Assembly (NCBI GenBank): GCA_951406725.2
Contig: OX597814.1
Coordinates: forward strand, 76,322,001 to 76,386,000
DNA from: Octopus vulgaris
Taxonomy: Eukaryota
DNA: 64,000 nucleotides
Reading direction: 5' to 3'
Shown here piece by piece: positions 28,563-41,715 of this stretch (its first letter is position 1; each line of letters starts with the position of its first letter). Under the pieces are notes generated by a model that was not told the DNA's origin, made no database searches, and saw nothing but the letters and a program-made list of their open reading frames with translations. A program made the position numbers and the translations under genes.

Positions 28563-28878
28563 CAATGGTTCTCAATCACTTTTTACCTGTGGACCTCCTT
28601 AAATACTATTTTACTCTAGTGGATTCCCATAGCCATTCGATATTTAAAAACTAATTTTATAAATATTTTTTTCAAAATTCCTCTTTTGTTATTCACACAT
28701 TCACTTGTATAAGTTGAACAATAAATGTTAGAGAAAGAAACCTTGCTGTTTCTTGTGATAGATACATTTAAATAAAAACTTTTAATAAAACATTAAAATA
28801 GTACTGTGGATCTGAAATTTACTATTTAGCAAACATGGACCCCCAGGGGTCATATGGATTCTGTATGAGAACCAACTC
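28563..28878. mobile_element. Degenerate hAT-Charlie-like MITE
   Basis: Ends CAATGGTTCTCAA ... TGAGAACCAACT; no TSD recognisable. Confidence 0.45.
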
Positions 28879-28879
28879 T

Positions 28880-31800
28880 TGGCCCTTTGATGTCTCTGAT
28901 GCCACAAAGATATCATCATAAAACCAGCCAACAAGGGTGAAGCCATGGTGGTGTGGTGCACAGACCTTTACAAGGCTGAAGCTCTCTGCCAACTTCAAGA
29001 CACTTCCTTTTGCCCACTGCCCCACCCCACCCCATACCTAACAGCCAACAGATCGTACCCTCCACTATCCATGCCCTCATCTTATCCTCCTGTCTCCTTC
29101 CCACTGCCTCCAACCTTATTGTTTGCACTCCCACCCCAACATTCACTTCCTTCCCAAAATCCACCAGCCCAACAACCCTGGCTGCCCCATCATCTCTGCC
29201 TGTAACTGCCCCACTTACTTGATCTCTAAATACGAGGGACGTTCAATAAGTAATGCCTCTGACCCACTTGCAATTGTTAGATCTAACTGAAATTTTGCAT
29301 GTGCAATTATTTATATCTCTATAGATTAAGTGGCAAATTGTAGTTCCTGATTTACAGGTGTTTGAACTGAGTCAAGTGTGAAATGGAGCATGTTGAGTGT
29401 CGAGCAGTGATGCGGTTTTTGTATTTGAAAGGACGTACACCACAGGAGACTTTTGATGAAATGAAAGTAACTTATGGTGATGATGCCCCATCATATGACC
29501 TTGTAATTCAAACATGGTCGGAACTCTGTGGAAACAGCTCCCAGATCTGGTCACCCCCTTCTGCCATTGATGAGGCATCTGTCTGTCAAGTTGAGGCTGC
29601 CATTTTGGAAGATCGATGCATAACTATTCGCCAAATAGCCCATGAGGTCAAGATTAGTACCGGGTCTGTGGAAACTATCATTCATGACCATTTGCATATG
29701 CAAAAGGTGTCTGCCAGATGGATTCCCAGGTTGCTCACACCTTTCCAGAAGCAAGAACGCATCGAGTGCTCGAGGATGAATTTGGAGATGTGCCAAGTAG
29801 ATGAGTCAAAATTTTTCAAAAGACTGATCACACAGGATGAAACCTGGGTCCATCATTATGATTCAGAGACCAAAGCCCAGTCAATGCAGTGGAAGCACTG
29901 TGACTCACCTCCTCCAAAGAAGGTAAGAGTGCAGCTCTCCGCTGGCAAGGTCATGCTCTGGGACCAGGACGGAGTAGTGATGACAGATTTCCTGGCAAAG
30001 GGTACCACAATTACAGGAGCCTATTATGCTTCACTTTTGAGGAAATTAAGAGAAGTTATCAAAATCAAGAGGTGGGGCAAGATCAGCAAAGGCATCCTCC
30101 TCCTGCAGGACAACGCTACGGTCCACAACTCGCGTGTCGCCAGATCAGAAGCACAGGCGTGCTGCTATGAACTCCTCCCCCATCCCCCTACGCTCCTGAC
30201 CTTGCACCCTCTGATTTTCACCTCTTCCCAGCCATGAAGTTGTTTTTGAAAGGAAAGCATTTCACAGATGATGCAGCCTTGATTTCTAAAGTCATGTCGT
30301 GGCTGGAGGGCCAAGCTGGGGTCTTCTACAAAAACGGTCTCCAGCGCTGCATCAAACGATGGGAGAAATGCGTAACTCTGGGTGGTTCCTATGTAGAAAA
30401 AGACTGATAACTGTGCCAAGTTTTGTTGCTCTACTGCTATGGGAAGTGGGTCAGGGGCATTACTTATTGAACGCCCCTCGTAACTTGAGCATGCCCTTGT
30501 CTCCTAGTGGCTTCCATTCCGTCCCACATCTATGACACTAACCATGTTCTCCATCTCTTTGACTCTTTCTCCTTCCCTTCTGGACCTTCTAAACTCCTCT
30601 TCACTCTTAATATCATGAGTCTATATATGGTGATCCCACACAACGAAGGACTTCTTGCTCTCAAACATTTTCTAGACCTTCAACCCAACTCCCAACTTGA
30701 CACTTCCATACTTCTTCATCTGGTTGAACTTGCTCTCTCTCTCAACTGCTTCTCGTTCACAGGGGATTATAACCAACATGTCTCAGGAGTAGCCATGGGA
30801 ACAAGAATGGGCCCCAACTATGTGAACCTGTTTGTTGGCTATGTTGAGGCCCAAATATTCTCACAATTCACTGGTCCCCCCTCCTGAACTAAATGGTCAT
30901 TATACTGATGATTGTATTGGTGCGACCTCACTCTCCCATGAACAACTAGATTCCTTCCTTTCTTTTGTCCAATCTTCCTTCCTGCTCTTGAATTCTCCTG
31001 CACTATTTTCAACACTTCCATCACATTTCTCAACATTTCTATCAACATACACCAGTCTGCTCTCACTACCTCCATCCACTACAAACACACCAACAAACAC
31101 TCCTACCTTAACTTCTCTTCCCACCCTACCCACACCAAGCTCTCCATCCCCCTACTCTTAATTCCTCCATCTGCACAGTGACAACCATGACTTTGAGACT
31201 CAGTCTCAACTCATGGCTCACCACTCCATCTTTTGTGGATATCCCCTCACTACTATCCACACAGCCCTTGCCAGAGCATATTCCATGAGCTGTGCCTCTG
31301 CTTCCTCTCCCCACACCTGCCCTGCCATTGCTGTCTCCTGTTTCCCTTACATGACACCACTCTACCCTGCCCTGCCTCCAATGCACCATTCTCCGAGCCT
31401 TCCGGCAACTCCAGTCCAACTCCTCCACCTCGCACATCTTCTCCAACCTAGCCCTTCCCTCTTTCAAATGAACCCACAACCTGCATGACCTCCTGGTCTA
31501 CAGTTTCTTCCCTAACCCCACCTCCCAACCTAGCTCATTCCCCTGCTCCTGCTCCTGCTACTGCATTTACCCCTACCTCTCCAACACCACCATCCTCACA
31601 GACACCCATCATCGTCCCTATCATATCACTGACTTACCTGCTTCTAGCAACATCATTTATTGCATCTCCTGCTCTTTCTGCCCTTCTCTGTACATCAGTC
31701 GAATGGGACACCGCTTGGCTGACTGGTTTGCAGAGCACTTCCGAGACATCAGACTCAGAAATGACACCCTAGTCTTGTGCCATTTCCGTTTTACTGGTCA

Positions 31801-32270
31801 TTCACTACAACATTTGTCTGCATTCAGATTGTCTTTGCACGGGCCATCCAGACTCCTGCCTTTGCTGGGAACAAAAGTTAATCTTCTCTCTTTGCTCCAC
31901 GTGGGTCCAACTCCCCTCCTCTCCTCTCTTCACTCCTACCCACCTTCTCTCTTCATTGATACCCCCTCCACCCGCCCACCCCATCCCCACTACATCACCC
32001 AACCCAACTCCACACACACTAGCACTGACCACTTCTCACATACACACATGTGCACACCTTCATTTTGGGATCACCAATACTTTATTATTGCCCCTTCTTT
32101 CTACCTCTCCTGTCAAACCTTTTTTTTCCAACCAGTCGCCACGCTTCACTGTTAAATCCACAAGTTTTTCTATTCTCACTCTGTTTATTTTCTCTTATTT
32201 CTTTATCTTGGTGAGCATAGGCTCACAATGTAAAAGATCTTCTCACGTGTTTCAGTATTGGAAGATTACA
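28880..32270 (+). mobile_element. Decayed C-rich Penelope-like element (Neptune-type RT + GIY-YIG), interrupted by a mariner
   Basis: PKIHQPNNPG..PII before the mariner. After it: SLYMVIPHNEGL, GVAMGTRMGPNYVNLF, YTDDCIG and NIIYCISCSFC..YI..GHRLADWFAEH. Confidence 0.9.
29233..30480 (+). mobile_element. Mariner (DD34D) transposon, near full length
   Basis: 37-bp TIRs with 2 mismatches; TA TSD on both sides. ORF 29383-30237 has WIPRLL, ITQDETWVHHYD and LLQDNA; a frameshift near 30185 precedes YAPDLAPSDFHLFP. Confidence 0.97.
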
Positions 32271-33492
32271 ATATATATACATATACATGACTGTCTACCC
32301 ATATATATACATATATAAATACATATAAATACATATAGATACATATATGTAATCATCAGATTTACACTCATTCCAACACATCTTCAAGTTCTATTTCAAA
32401 ATATTATATATCTAATTTTACATCCATTTAAAAATAAGCAATACAATTAAACTTTAAAGATTAAAATTTATGAATTAAAAATTAAGAATAAAAACTATAC
32501 TTTGTAATATTAAGAATTAAAATTTATAAATTATACATTATAAATATGAATTAGTTTATATATCAATCATTTAAAAATCAAGTATATGTCAAATACAGAA
32601 TGTGAGATATAAGATTAAACATAAGATTTAAAATGTCTGTGTTTAAATGTGATATATAACAAGAAAAATTCAAATACGAATCTTCCTTTTTTTGCTGGTA
32701 CTTTACTAGACTTAATATATTGATTTAATCATCTATCATTTTCACCTTACTTTTTATACTTCACTACAGTTATAAAGCAATAGGAACTCTGGAATTAGGA
32801 TAAGTAGGATACCAGCAGTAGAATTCCATAATTTTAAAATAAAATATATATTGAATAAGTATATCATAACTTATTTCCTGTCATTCCGGTGATAGTGTGT
32901 CCTTGGAGTCTTCATTATATTTGATTTTTGCCTACTTTTTAATCCCTCATTTCATGCCACTTTTTCTGGTTACATTTTCAATGTTATTTTTTAATCCCTC
33001 AGTTTCTCCAGTTTATCATCTTCCTCACTAAAGTACATTTCTCTCTAACATTTCTATCTTCTCCTCCACATGTTTGGTCTTTACACATTCCTAATGTAGA
33101 TATAAATTTCTACTTTTAAAAATTTGCTTTATATTATTTATCATGTTTTTTCTATCACTTCATATTGATTTTGTGTGCCACCTGTTTAGAACTAATTAAT
33201 GAAATAAACAAAATTTGTTTCCATAGACAACAACAAAATTATCCATCCACATAAATCATCTGTTCAATCAATCCCATAAAGGAATGATTGTTCTTATGCT
33301 ATCATACCTAATCATTTGTTTACTTCATTAACTACACATGGTGCTGTCCTGCATGGAACATGGGTGTTAAATGATGATGATGATGATGATGTGTGTGTGT
33401 GGATGATGATGTGTGTGTGTATATAATTTTTATGAATATACATATGTATATATGTATAGGTATACATACATATACACAAACACACACACACT

Positions 33493-33523
<31 letters not shown>

Positions 33524-33589
33524 ATAAATAAAATATATGCATACATACATACATATATGTACGTACCTACATCTACATGTATATATACA

Positions 33590-33639
<50 letters not shown>

Positions 33640-33885
33640 AGTACAGGACACCACAAATAGACGTACAACTCAACGAGAAACGAAAACATAAAAACATGGA
33701 AACGGACTTTTTTTAACAACGAAAAAACAGAGCGCAAGACAAACAACACAAGGAACATTCCCCATCATCAGCTGTCCCCGGTTTGACTCCATGCGTGTTT
33801 CGAAGGCAAGGACAGAACACGACCCGTCGAACCGATCCTTCCTGCAAAGGAATTAAATAAAAAACCTTATACATATACACACATA

Positions 33886-35450
33886 CACTGCATTTCAAAT
33901 TATTAATGATGTAGCATTTTTCCTATTTTATTTAAAACTACATGTTGGAATTCAATGAAATTTTCACAGAATGGCAACATTTATATTTGTGCGATGTATA
34001 AAAAATGTGAGATTCTACAAAACAACACAGAAACTACAGCCATTTATCAAATTTATGTAAACTTTCATTGTTTCAAATTATTGTCAAAGTGTTATTAAAA
34101 CTCGTATAAACAAGAAAATACCAATTTAATTGTTTGGTGCACATACTGAAATGAGCACATACAGTCATAAACATGGAAGAAATAGAAAAAGGTAAATAAA
34201 CAACATTAAAAAATGATTGGTGAGCTGGTTAGTAAAGGATAGATGAGCCTTTGTTTGAAATAAGTTGGAAAAGGTGCTGGTCCATGGAACATTCTAATTT
34301 CTTGATCTCCTCTAATGTTCTACCATGAGACACATCCACAATTGCTTGTCACACTTCATCCTTGCTTCTAAATTGGCATCCATTCTTGTAAACTTTTACT
34401 TTAGAATACTCCACAAGTTTTCTGTTGGGTTTAAGTGGGGGGAACAGGCAGGCCACTTCTTCCATGGTCCACAGAAACCTACTGATACTCTGTAGTTTTC
34501 TTTGTTGAGTGTGAGTGTGCATTATCTTGCATGGATATTATGGTTGTCTTGAAAGTGATCCTTTGCTTTTTTAACTAAGGTTCAAGGTGTTCTCTCAGAA
34601 AGGCTGTGTAAGCATACACAGTCATTTTAACACCATCTGGCACTTTCCAAAGACCAACTATAATTCCTCCAATAATACCTGCTCACATCATAATGCCACC
34701 TTCCTCTTGTTGGTGTCTCAAGTACTGACGATGATCTTGTCCATTTACAACCCATCACTTGCTCCAACCATCGGGTCCATCAAGGGTAGCACGAGTTTCA
34801 TCCATAAACAAAATTTTTGAGAAGTCGACCTTACATGTTATCTTCTGCCCATTTCAGATGATTTTGTGTGTATTTTGTATAATAGAGGCATTTTAACTGA
34901 TGTCACTGGTTTACTGACTTTTTCAGAAGATGACATCGGGTAGTTCTGGGCACAGTTGTTTTGCCATTGTGCTTGGAAAGTTCTCCACTTCTAAGACCTG
35001 GATTCTTTACAGCTTTACTCTTAATTTATGACAGAGAACGTTGAGAAACAGCACCCCCAACTGACCCTTGTCAGCTCTCTTGTGTATCATCATAGGAACT
35101 ATGACAAATTTTTTCACAGTTTGGTAATATCTTCCAATTCTTTTAGATATTTCTAATGTTGCTTTACCTTTTGCAAGTTCAGAAGTAATAACAGATTCCT
35201 CTGAAGCAGTTAAGTCACATTTACAATCCATAATTACATGATTATCAGACCACTTGTTAATAATTTGGAACACTGAAGGTTCATGGAAATCATGTAAATG
35301 GCCACGGTTTGTTTATACTTACACAAAATCTCACATTTGGACCATGCACATGTAACTGTTGCCATCATTGTGTTGAAATTTCATTCAATTCCAACAAGTA
35401 GTTTCTTAATAGAAAAAAATGTTACATCATTAATAATTTTAAATACAGTA
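33886..35450 (-). mobile_element. Tc1 (DD34E-like) transposon with long TIRs, decayed
   Basis: TA-flanked ends CACTGCATTTCAAATTATTAATGATGT / rc TACTGTATTTAAAATTATTAATGATGT, with inverted similarity extending about 170 bp. Minus strand: FMDETRATLDGPDGW, MQDNA, WPACSPHLNPTENL. Confidence 0.9.
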
Positions 35451-35500
35451 TATATTCATACATATACACACACATGCACACGCACACACACACACACACA

Positions 35501-35719
35501 GAGTAATCCCTCAACTATTGCAGGTGTTACATTACAAAACCCCCCATGATAGGTGAAAATCTGTGAAGTAGAAACAGTACTATACTGCCTTTTTTTATCA
35601 TTCTTATGATTTGTTTATATTTATTTTATTAGAAATACAGATTAACACCACAGAGGAATCAACATAAGCTTAAATAACAAACCACAATAGGTGAACTGCA
35701 ATATGGCGAGGGATTGCTG
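35501..35719. mobile_element. Tigger/pogo-like MITE
   Basis: Inverted ends (G/C)AGTAATCCCTC / GAGGGATTGCTG; internal ATAGGTGAA repeats; non-coding. Confidence 0.65.
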
Positions 35720-35747
35720 TGTGTGTGTGAGTATATATATATATATA

Positions 35748-36042
35748 TCACGCGATCACATGACCGACCAGTCCATCAGATGTAGTTACACATCACTGGT
35801 CACAACGCGTTCGCATTGTTTTAGCCTTTGAATGATGCCACCCCGCTGGCTAAGCGAGCAGGCCAACAGAAGAAAGAGTGGTAAAAGAGTACAGCAGGGA
35901 TCACCACCCCCTGCCGGAGCCTCGTGGAGCTTTTTTTAGGTGTTTTCGCTCAATAAACACTCACAATGCCCGGTCTGGAATCTAAACCGCGATCCTACGA
36001 CCGCGAGTCCACTGCCCTAACCACTAGGTCATTGTGCCTCCA
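35748..36042 (-). mobile_element. tRNA-derived SINE
   Basis: Minus strand: TGACCTAGTGG A box and GGTTTAGATTCC B box. The 3' half recurs at 62863-63025. Confidence 0.8.
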
Positions 36043-36048
36043 CACACA

Positions 36049-36094
<46 letters not shown>

Positions 36095-36096
36095 TA

Positions 36097-36298
36097 CTAG
36101 CTGGTTTACCCGGTAATTCCTGGGGGTAAAGTTGTTCTATTGAAATGTCTTATTACCCTGATATAAGAAAGCAATTTCATTATAACTGCCGGAAAAGGTG
36201 TATTTTCCGTCATGAAAAAGTACAAAAACTGTCAGCTGGAGGCGGGAGAAATTGCTGGAGGTTGGTGAGAGAGGTTGTTGGAAGTTGGCAAGAGAGGT
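36097..36298 (-). mobile_element. Probable Helitron 3' end fragment
   Basis: Minus strand ends with the hairpin CCCAGG-AATTA-CCGGG, 8 nt, then CTAG followed by T. Confidence 0.55.
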
Positions 36299-36438
36299 CT
36301 CTAAGTTATATGATGTATAAAAACATGTAATATACAAATAAATATCTGTAAATATAAAACCATTCGAATTTCTGAGTACCTCATTTCTTCTAATATAAAA
36401 TACCTGTACATCATCTCCAAACCTTCCAATACATATAT

Positions 36439-37891
36439 TTGGATGTACAAGACATCAGAATAATATCAGATCCACAAACAGAAGATACCAAAAATACAGA
36501 AAACATTGAAAAGAATGGAACAGAATCAGGCCCAAAACAGGCTTATACCAAACACACAGAAGACCTAACACAAATCTGCAAAATATGCAATACCAAAATA
36601 AATAAGACAGAATCACATCTTCAACAGGGGAATACCAGAAGCATGGAAGATCTATTCACAGAAACCTGTAGTAAGTTGAATTCACTTCTTTCAAAAATTG
36701 ATACAATCTTTGCTTTAACAATAAATACGATCCAAACACAAAATTATTCTCTCTAAAAATAATCAAGCAAACACAACTGACAACACAAATCTTTTGGTGG
36801 GACCACCCCAATCACAAAGGAAAACAAATGACGAAGGAACAAAAACTGACACAAACCAAGAAAAACCTTCAAAACCCCAAGACTGGAACAAACTTCTAAA
36901 CCAACATAAACATGCTTATTGGAAAAGCATACGCTGTAAGAACATAGCCAACATATACCAAAACTGGCGGGACATGAAGAACCCAATACTCCCTAGAAAA
37001 TTCCTTATCAAAGAAATAAAGGGTGAAACACTAGAAGAAACAACAATACGTGCAAACCTAACCCATTGCTGACTAGAAACAGAAATTTCCCTTCTACAAA
37101 CATGAAACTCACACCAGGAAGATAAGATTAAAACAATTGATACCGTCATAATGGCCGAAATAACAGAAAGGAACAATAACCAAAACAAAGAAAAACTACA
37201 ACAATTATGGAAAGAGGATATCAAACGAGAGGAGGAAAGATCTGGAATTATGTGGACCAAACAACAGGAGTGGCTTTTAAACTACGAAAAGAACTATGGG
37301 GAAAAATCAATTATGAAGACAAAAAAACTACCAAAACAGATGAAAAGATACAACAAACCAACATCACGAAAATATTGGACTCCAAGCCATCCCAATAAGC
37401 CCTACCAAACACAAACCAAAATCCCACTCCTTACACTGCCGAACCCCCAATAAACAGACACACAAAATATGAAAGACGACCTTCAACCCAAAACCCCACA
37501 AAGACAAGCACACAAGCAGCAAGACGAGCATGATACATACAACCAACAACCTATAACACTTGGAGAGAACAAACAGAATATGATCAACCACCAACACATA
37601 ATACTGGATATCCTAAATGGACACACACACATGGAACAATAAACAAGTGGATAGAAATCAACACACAACCTACAACAAACATCGAGGAAATCCAAACCAT
37701 ACAAACACCAACCCCATGCAACCCCACAAATTTACAAGATGGATAAAAAACAACCCCCACTATCAATACAATACAAACACAAAACAAAACCATCCACCTA
37801 CCCACAAAGAAATCTGAACCCCAGTAATAGAAATTGGCTGAACAAAGATGGGAAGAAAACAACTACCAAAGACAAAACAACACATACAGAC

Positions 37892-37964
<73 letters not shown>

Positions 37965-38095
37965 AAGAAAACCTAAGACCTGAAAATGGAATTTGGAGAT
38001 GCAACAGCACAAACCCATTTTTAGGGAAAGGATACTTTAACCATACTCCAGACCCAATACACCAAAAATTCCAAATGAACACACAAAACACATAG
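36439..38095 (+). pseudogene. PLE A ORF1 (helical domain + N/T/Q/H-rich tail), disrupted; carries a (CTA)n insertion at ~37892-37964
   Basis: WNKLLNQHKHAYWKSI..IANIYQNW..PILPRKFLIKEIKGE aligns by eye with PLE B ORF1. Confidence 0.75.
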
Positions 38096-40325
38096 ACCCC
38101 AAAATAATAAACCTATCTAAAAGAGAACTTAATGAAAATGAAATGAACTTACTACTAAAAGGCCTCAAATTTACACCCACACCCACTCCAAATCTCATAG
38201 AACTAAAAACTGATATAGACAACTTCAGCCACCACCTCCGCCTTATGGAATTCTTTGAAAATAAAGAAACAGAAGATAACTCAATCATAAGAAAAAAATC
38301 CCATTTCACCCTTTACAAGGGAAGTGACAAACACCTTGATGCATACATAGAGACAATATCCAAATTCCCTCTCAACACATACAAATGCAATCAGAATCTC
38401 CACAGAGGAGAAAAACAAGCCCTACAAAAACTAAAAAATGACAAGTTGATCATTATAAAAGAAGCTGACAAAGGTGGAGCAATAGTTATTATGGATACTG
38501 ATTACTACAAAGAAAAGATACTGGAGTTGCTGAACAACCAGACATACTATGAAGAGGAACCAACACCACCGGAGAAAGCAACAATAAAAAAAATTAGAAC
38601 TTTAGTCAATGAATACCAGGACTCCTTTACAGATAAGGAGAAAGACTATGCAACTCAAGAACCAAAGATAGCAACTTTTATGGATTACCTAAAATTCATA
38701 AAAGCTCTGAAATACAGAGAGCCATAAAGGAACAGAGGAACCACCATATAAGAATACAAAGGCCTGGAGATCTCACAATGAGACCAATAGTGGCAGGACC
38801 CCAGGCGCCAACACAACAACTAAGCCACTTCATAAATGTACTTCTCAAACCTTTATGCCCACAGATACCAAGCTACATAAGGGATGACATAGACTTCCTC
38901 ACACACATTCCAAATACAGTCCCGAAAAACACCATACTTGCAAGCTTCGATGTCACAAACCTATACATGAACATACCACACACCCTAGGTCTAGAAGCAA
39001 TAAAACAATCGGTAGAAAAATACAAGGAACTCATAGACGAACGTTTCAAGACAGACTTTATCACCCAAGCCACCCAATTAATACTCAAAGAAAATACATC
39101 CTCATTCAACAAGACATACCGACAGATAAAGGGCATGGCTATGGGTACAAAATTCGCACCTTCATATGCCAACCTGGTGATGGTTTTCCTGGAGAACAAA
39201 CTATACGATGACATATAGGGAAAGTCTTTGAACACAACTTCAGAGAAGACATCAAGAAAAAGAGGAAACGCTACCTCGATGACTGCTTTATCTTTTGGAA
39301 CATATCAGAAGAAGACCTACGAACATTCCACAACATCCTCAACACGCTGCACCTATCTACCAACTTCACAATAGATACCAGCCACAACAAACTTCCCTTC
39401 CTAGACATCAACATCAAAATACACAACTCCATCATCACAACAGACATCCACTGTAAAAAACTGACACACACCAATATTTAAATTTCCACTCCTGCCACCC
39501 ATCCCACATAAAAAGAAACATCCCATATAGTATGGCAAGATGAATATGTAGCATAGTAACTGATTCACAAACATGACTAATAAGACTAGATGAACTTAAA
39601 AACTTCCTACTAGAGCAAAAATACCCCTTTAAACTAATAGCAAATGGAATCACAAGAGCAATGAAACTAGACATCGCACAACTCAGGACACCCAAAACAA
39701 AAAACAAAGAAAACAATATCCCTTTCATAAACACACACAACCCTGGAGTTACCAACATGTTCCAAATCATACATTCAAACCTGCCAATAGTCTTGCAAAA
39801 CCCCAAAATGAAAAACATATTAAACAAATATAGCATAAAAAACAGTAGACAACAAGACAAAAACCTAAAGAAACATCTAACAAGAGTGAAATTCTCATCA
39901 GAAACTAAAACTGAATTCTTTGAAAAGAGTGCGGAGATGGTAGATGTGGGATCTGCAACAACCCCACCTACAAATACATAGAGGGAGACAAAGAAATTAA
40001 ATTTAAAAGTGGGCACATATTTAAAATAAATGCAGATATGAACTGCAAGACGCAGAACGTAATATACTGCATAACCTGCTCCACGTGCAAGGAGGATTAT
40101 ATAGGTGAAACTGGAAATTCTTTGTGCCAATGAGCCAGGATTCACCGACAGCATGTCCGACAGGAAGAACTGCGCAAGATACCACTGAGTAAACACCTAG
40201 ATACATGTGGAGAAGGAAAATTTAAGATCTTTCCCTTCTACAAATGTCCAAAGAATGACACCTCCTTCAGGAGGAATATGGAAAAACATTTCATAACTAA
40301 GTTCTCCCCCAAATTGAATTGCTGA
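38017..40325 (+). pseudogene. PLE A RT + GIY-YIG ORF, disrupted
   Basis: KIINLS, KGLKFTP, EADKGG, RPIVAGP, SFDVTNLY, GMAMGT, RYLDDCF, CGDGRCGIC linker, NVIYCITCSTC..YIGETG, FKIFPF. Confidence 0.93.
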
Positions 40326-40743
40326 AAATATCTCTATAATAAGCTGTACCAGATGAAGGACCAAATTTGTTAAGTAAACTGTATTAAACACACACACAGA
40401 GTTCTATACATATGTTTTGATTTTTGAAAATACAACATTGAACAAAGGATATTCTAATATTTCAATGAAACCATTTCACTTTAATTTGTGGAACCAGTTG
40501 CTCCTGTATGATAAAACTTAATATTTATTTAACTGTCAATCAGTGAGATATTAGACAAATCAATTGAAGATCAGACAACAGACTCAGTAGTTGTCAGTTT
40601 GTATTCTGTCATCTGTAACTTCAACACAAGAAAGTCTCTTTTTCAAGTATGGACCTTATGAAATTTTGCTCATCATACATTGAAGGACAAATCTTTCAAG
40701 TTACAATTTAACATAGTTACAATTTAACATAGTGTAGCATTTA

Positions 40744-40815
<72 letters not shown>

Positions 40816-41145
40816 GTATAAATATCAACACAATTATTTCTTCCCTTTTATTTTTCTTCTTCTTCTTCTTCTTCTTCTTCTTCTTCTTCTTCTTCTTCTT
40901 CTTCTTCTTCTCCTTTCTTCCCTTCTCCAAACTCACAGACACCCCCCACACACACACCTCCACAAAACAATAATAAAAAAAATTCTTCTCTAAAACCCCA
41001 AAACCATTTGACTATCCCTCATTAAACACACACACATACACACTCTCTCACAATGGAAATATAATTTATGGTCTACCTTCTTATGTCCCTCCCCACCACT
41101 ACACACTCAATAACACTATAAAATGGTCAAAACTCTTTACACAGG

Positions 41146-41207
41146 AACTTAGTTCGATTTGAAAACCCCACTAGAATGGGAGAAAACGCTAATACATGAT
41201 CTAAGTT
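41146..41207 (+). ncRNA. Minimal type I hammerhead ribozyme (U3:A8 variant) in PLE A pLTR
   Basis: Stem I AACTTAG/CTAAGTT with a bulged inner part; core TTGAAAA (41159-65); stem II CCCA/TGGG; GAAA (41182-85); near-palindromic A-ACGC-T; predicted cut after A41191. Confidence 0.7.
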
Positions 41208-41291
41208 ATATGATGTATAAAAACATGTAATATTCAAATAAATATCTGTAAATATAAAACCATCCAAATTTCTGAGTACCTCATTTCTTCT

Positions 41292-41325
<34 letters not shown>

Positions 41326-41328
<3 letters not shown>

Positions 41329-41715
41329 GTAGGCATGACTGTGTGGTAAGAAGCTTGCTTCCAAACCACATGGTTCTGGGTTCAGTTTCACTGCATGGCA
41401 CCTTGGTCAAGTGTCTTCCATTATAGCCTTGAACTGACCAAAGCTTTGTAAGTGGATTTGGTAGAAGGAAACTGAAAGAAGCCCATTGTATCTATCTGTG
41501 TGTGTCTTTGTGTCTGTGTTTGTCTCAACTTCATCACTTGACAACTGGTGTTGGTGTGGTTATGTCCCTGTAACTTAGAGGTTCAGTGTAGGAGACTGAT
41601 AGAATAAGTACTAGGCTTTAAAAAAATAAGTCCAGGGGTTGATTTGTTCATCTAAAATGCTTCAAGGTAGTGCTCTAGCATGGCAACAGTCAAATGACTG
41701 AAACAAGTAAACGAG
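41326..41715 (+). mobile_element. Full-length tRNA/CORE-type SINE
   Basis: TGACTGTGTGG A-box-like, GGGTTCAGTTTC B-box-like and ACCTTGGTCAAGTG. Related copies at 1-170, 12120-12270, 46990-47360(-), 49625-49750 and 58545-58870(-). Confidence 0.8.

Larger units (their letters stand above)
36300..41297 (+). mobile_element. Penelope-like element A (Neptune/Naiad-type), full length, with terminal direct repeat (pLTR)
   Basis: 98-bp direct repeat 36300-36397 / 41200-41297 (4 mismatches); ORF1 remnants plus RT and GIY-YIG; ends in (TA)n. Confidence 0.93.

Noticed and set aside
32205-32240. Hammerhead at the 3' end of the C-rich PLE (TTGGTGAGCATAGGCTCACAATGTA)
   Set aside because: Position and hairpin fit, but both core strands are too mutated to support a call.
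39530-40140. In-frame TGA codons in PLE A as selenocysteine (as in some Naiad PLEs)
   Set aside because: They fall where Arg is expected (e.g. ARRIC in PLE B), consistent with CGA>TGA decay; the Cys motifs use normal codons.
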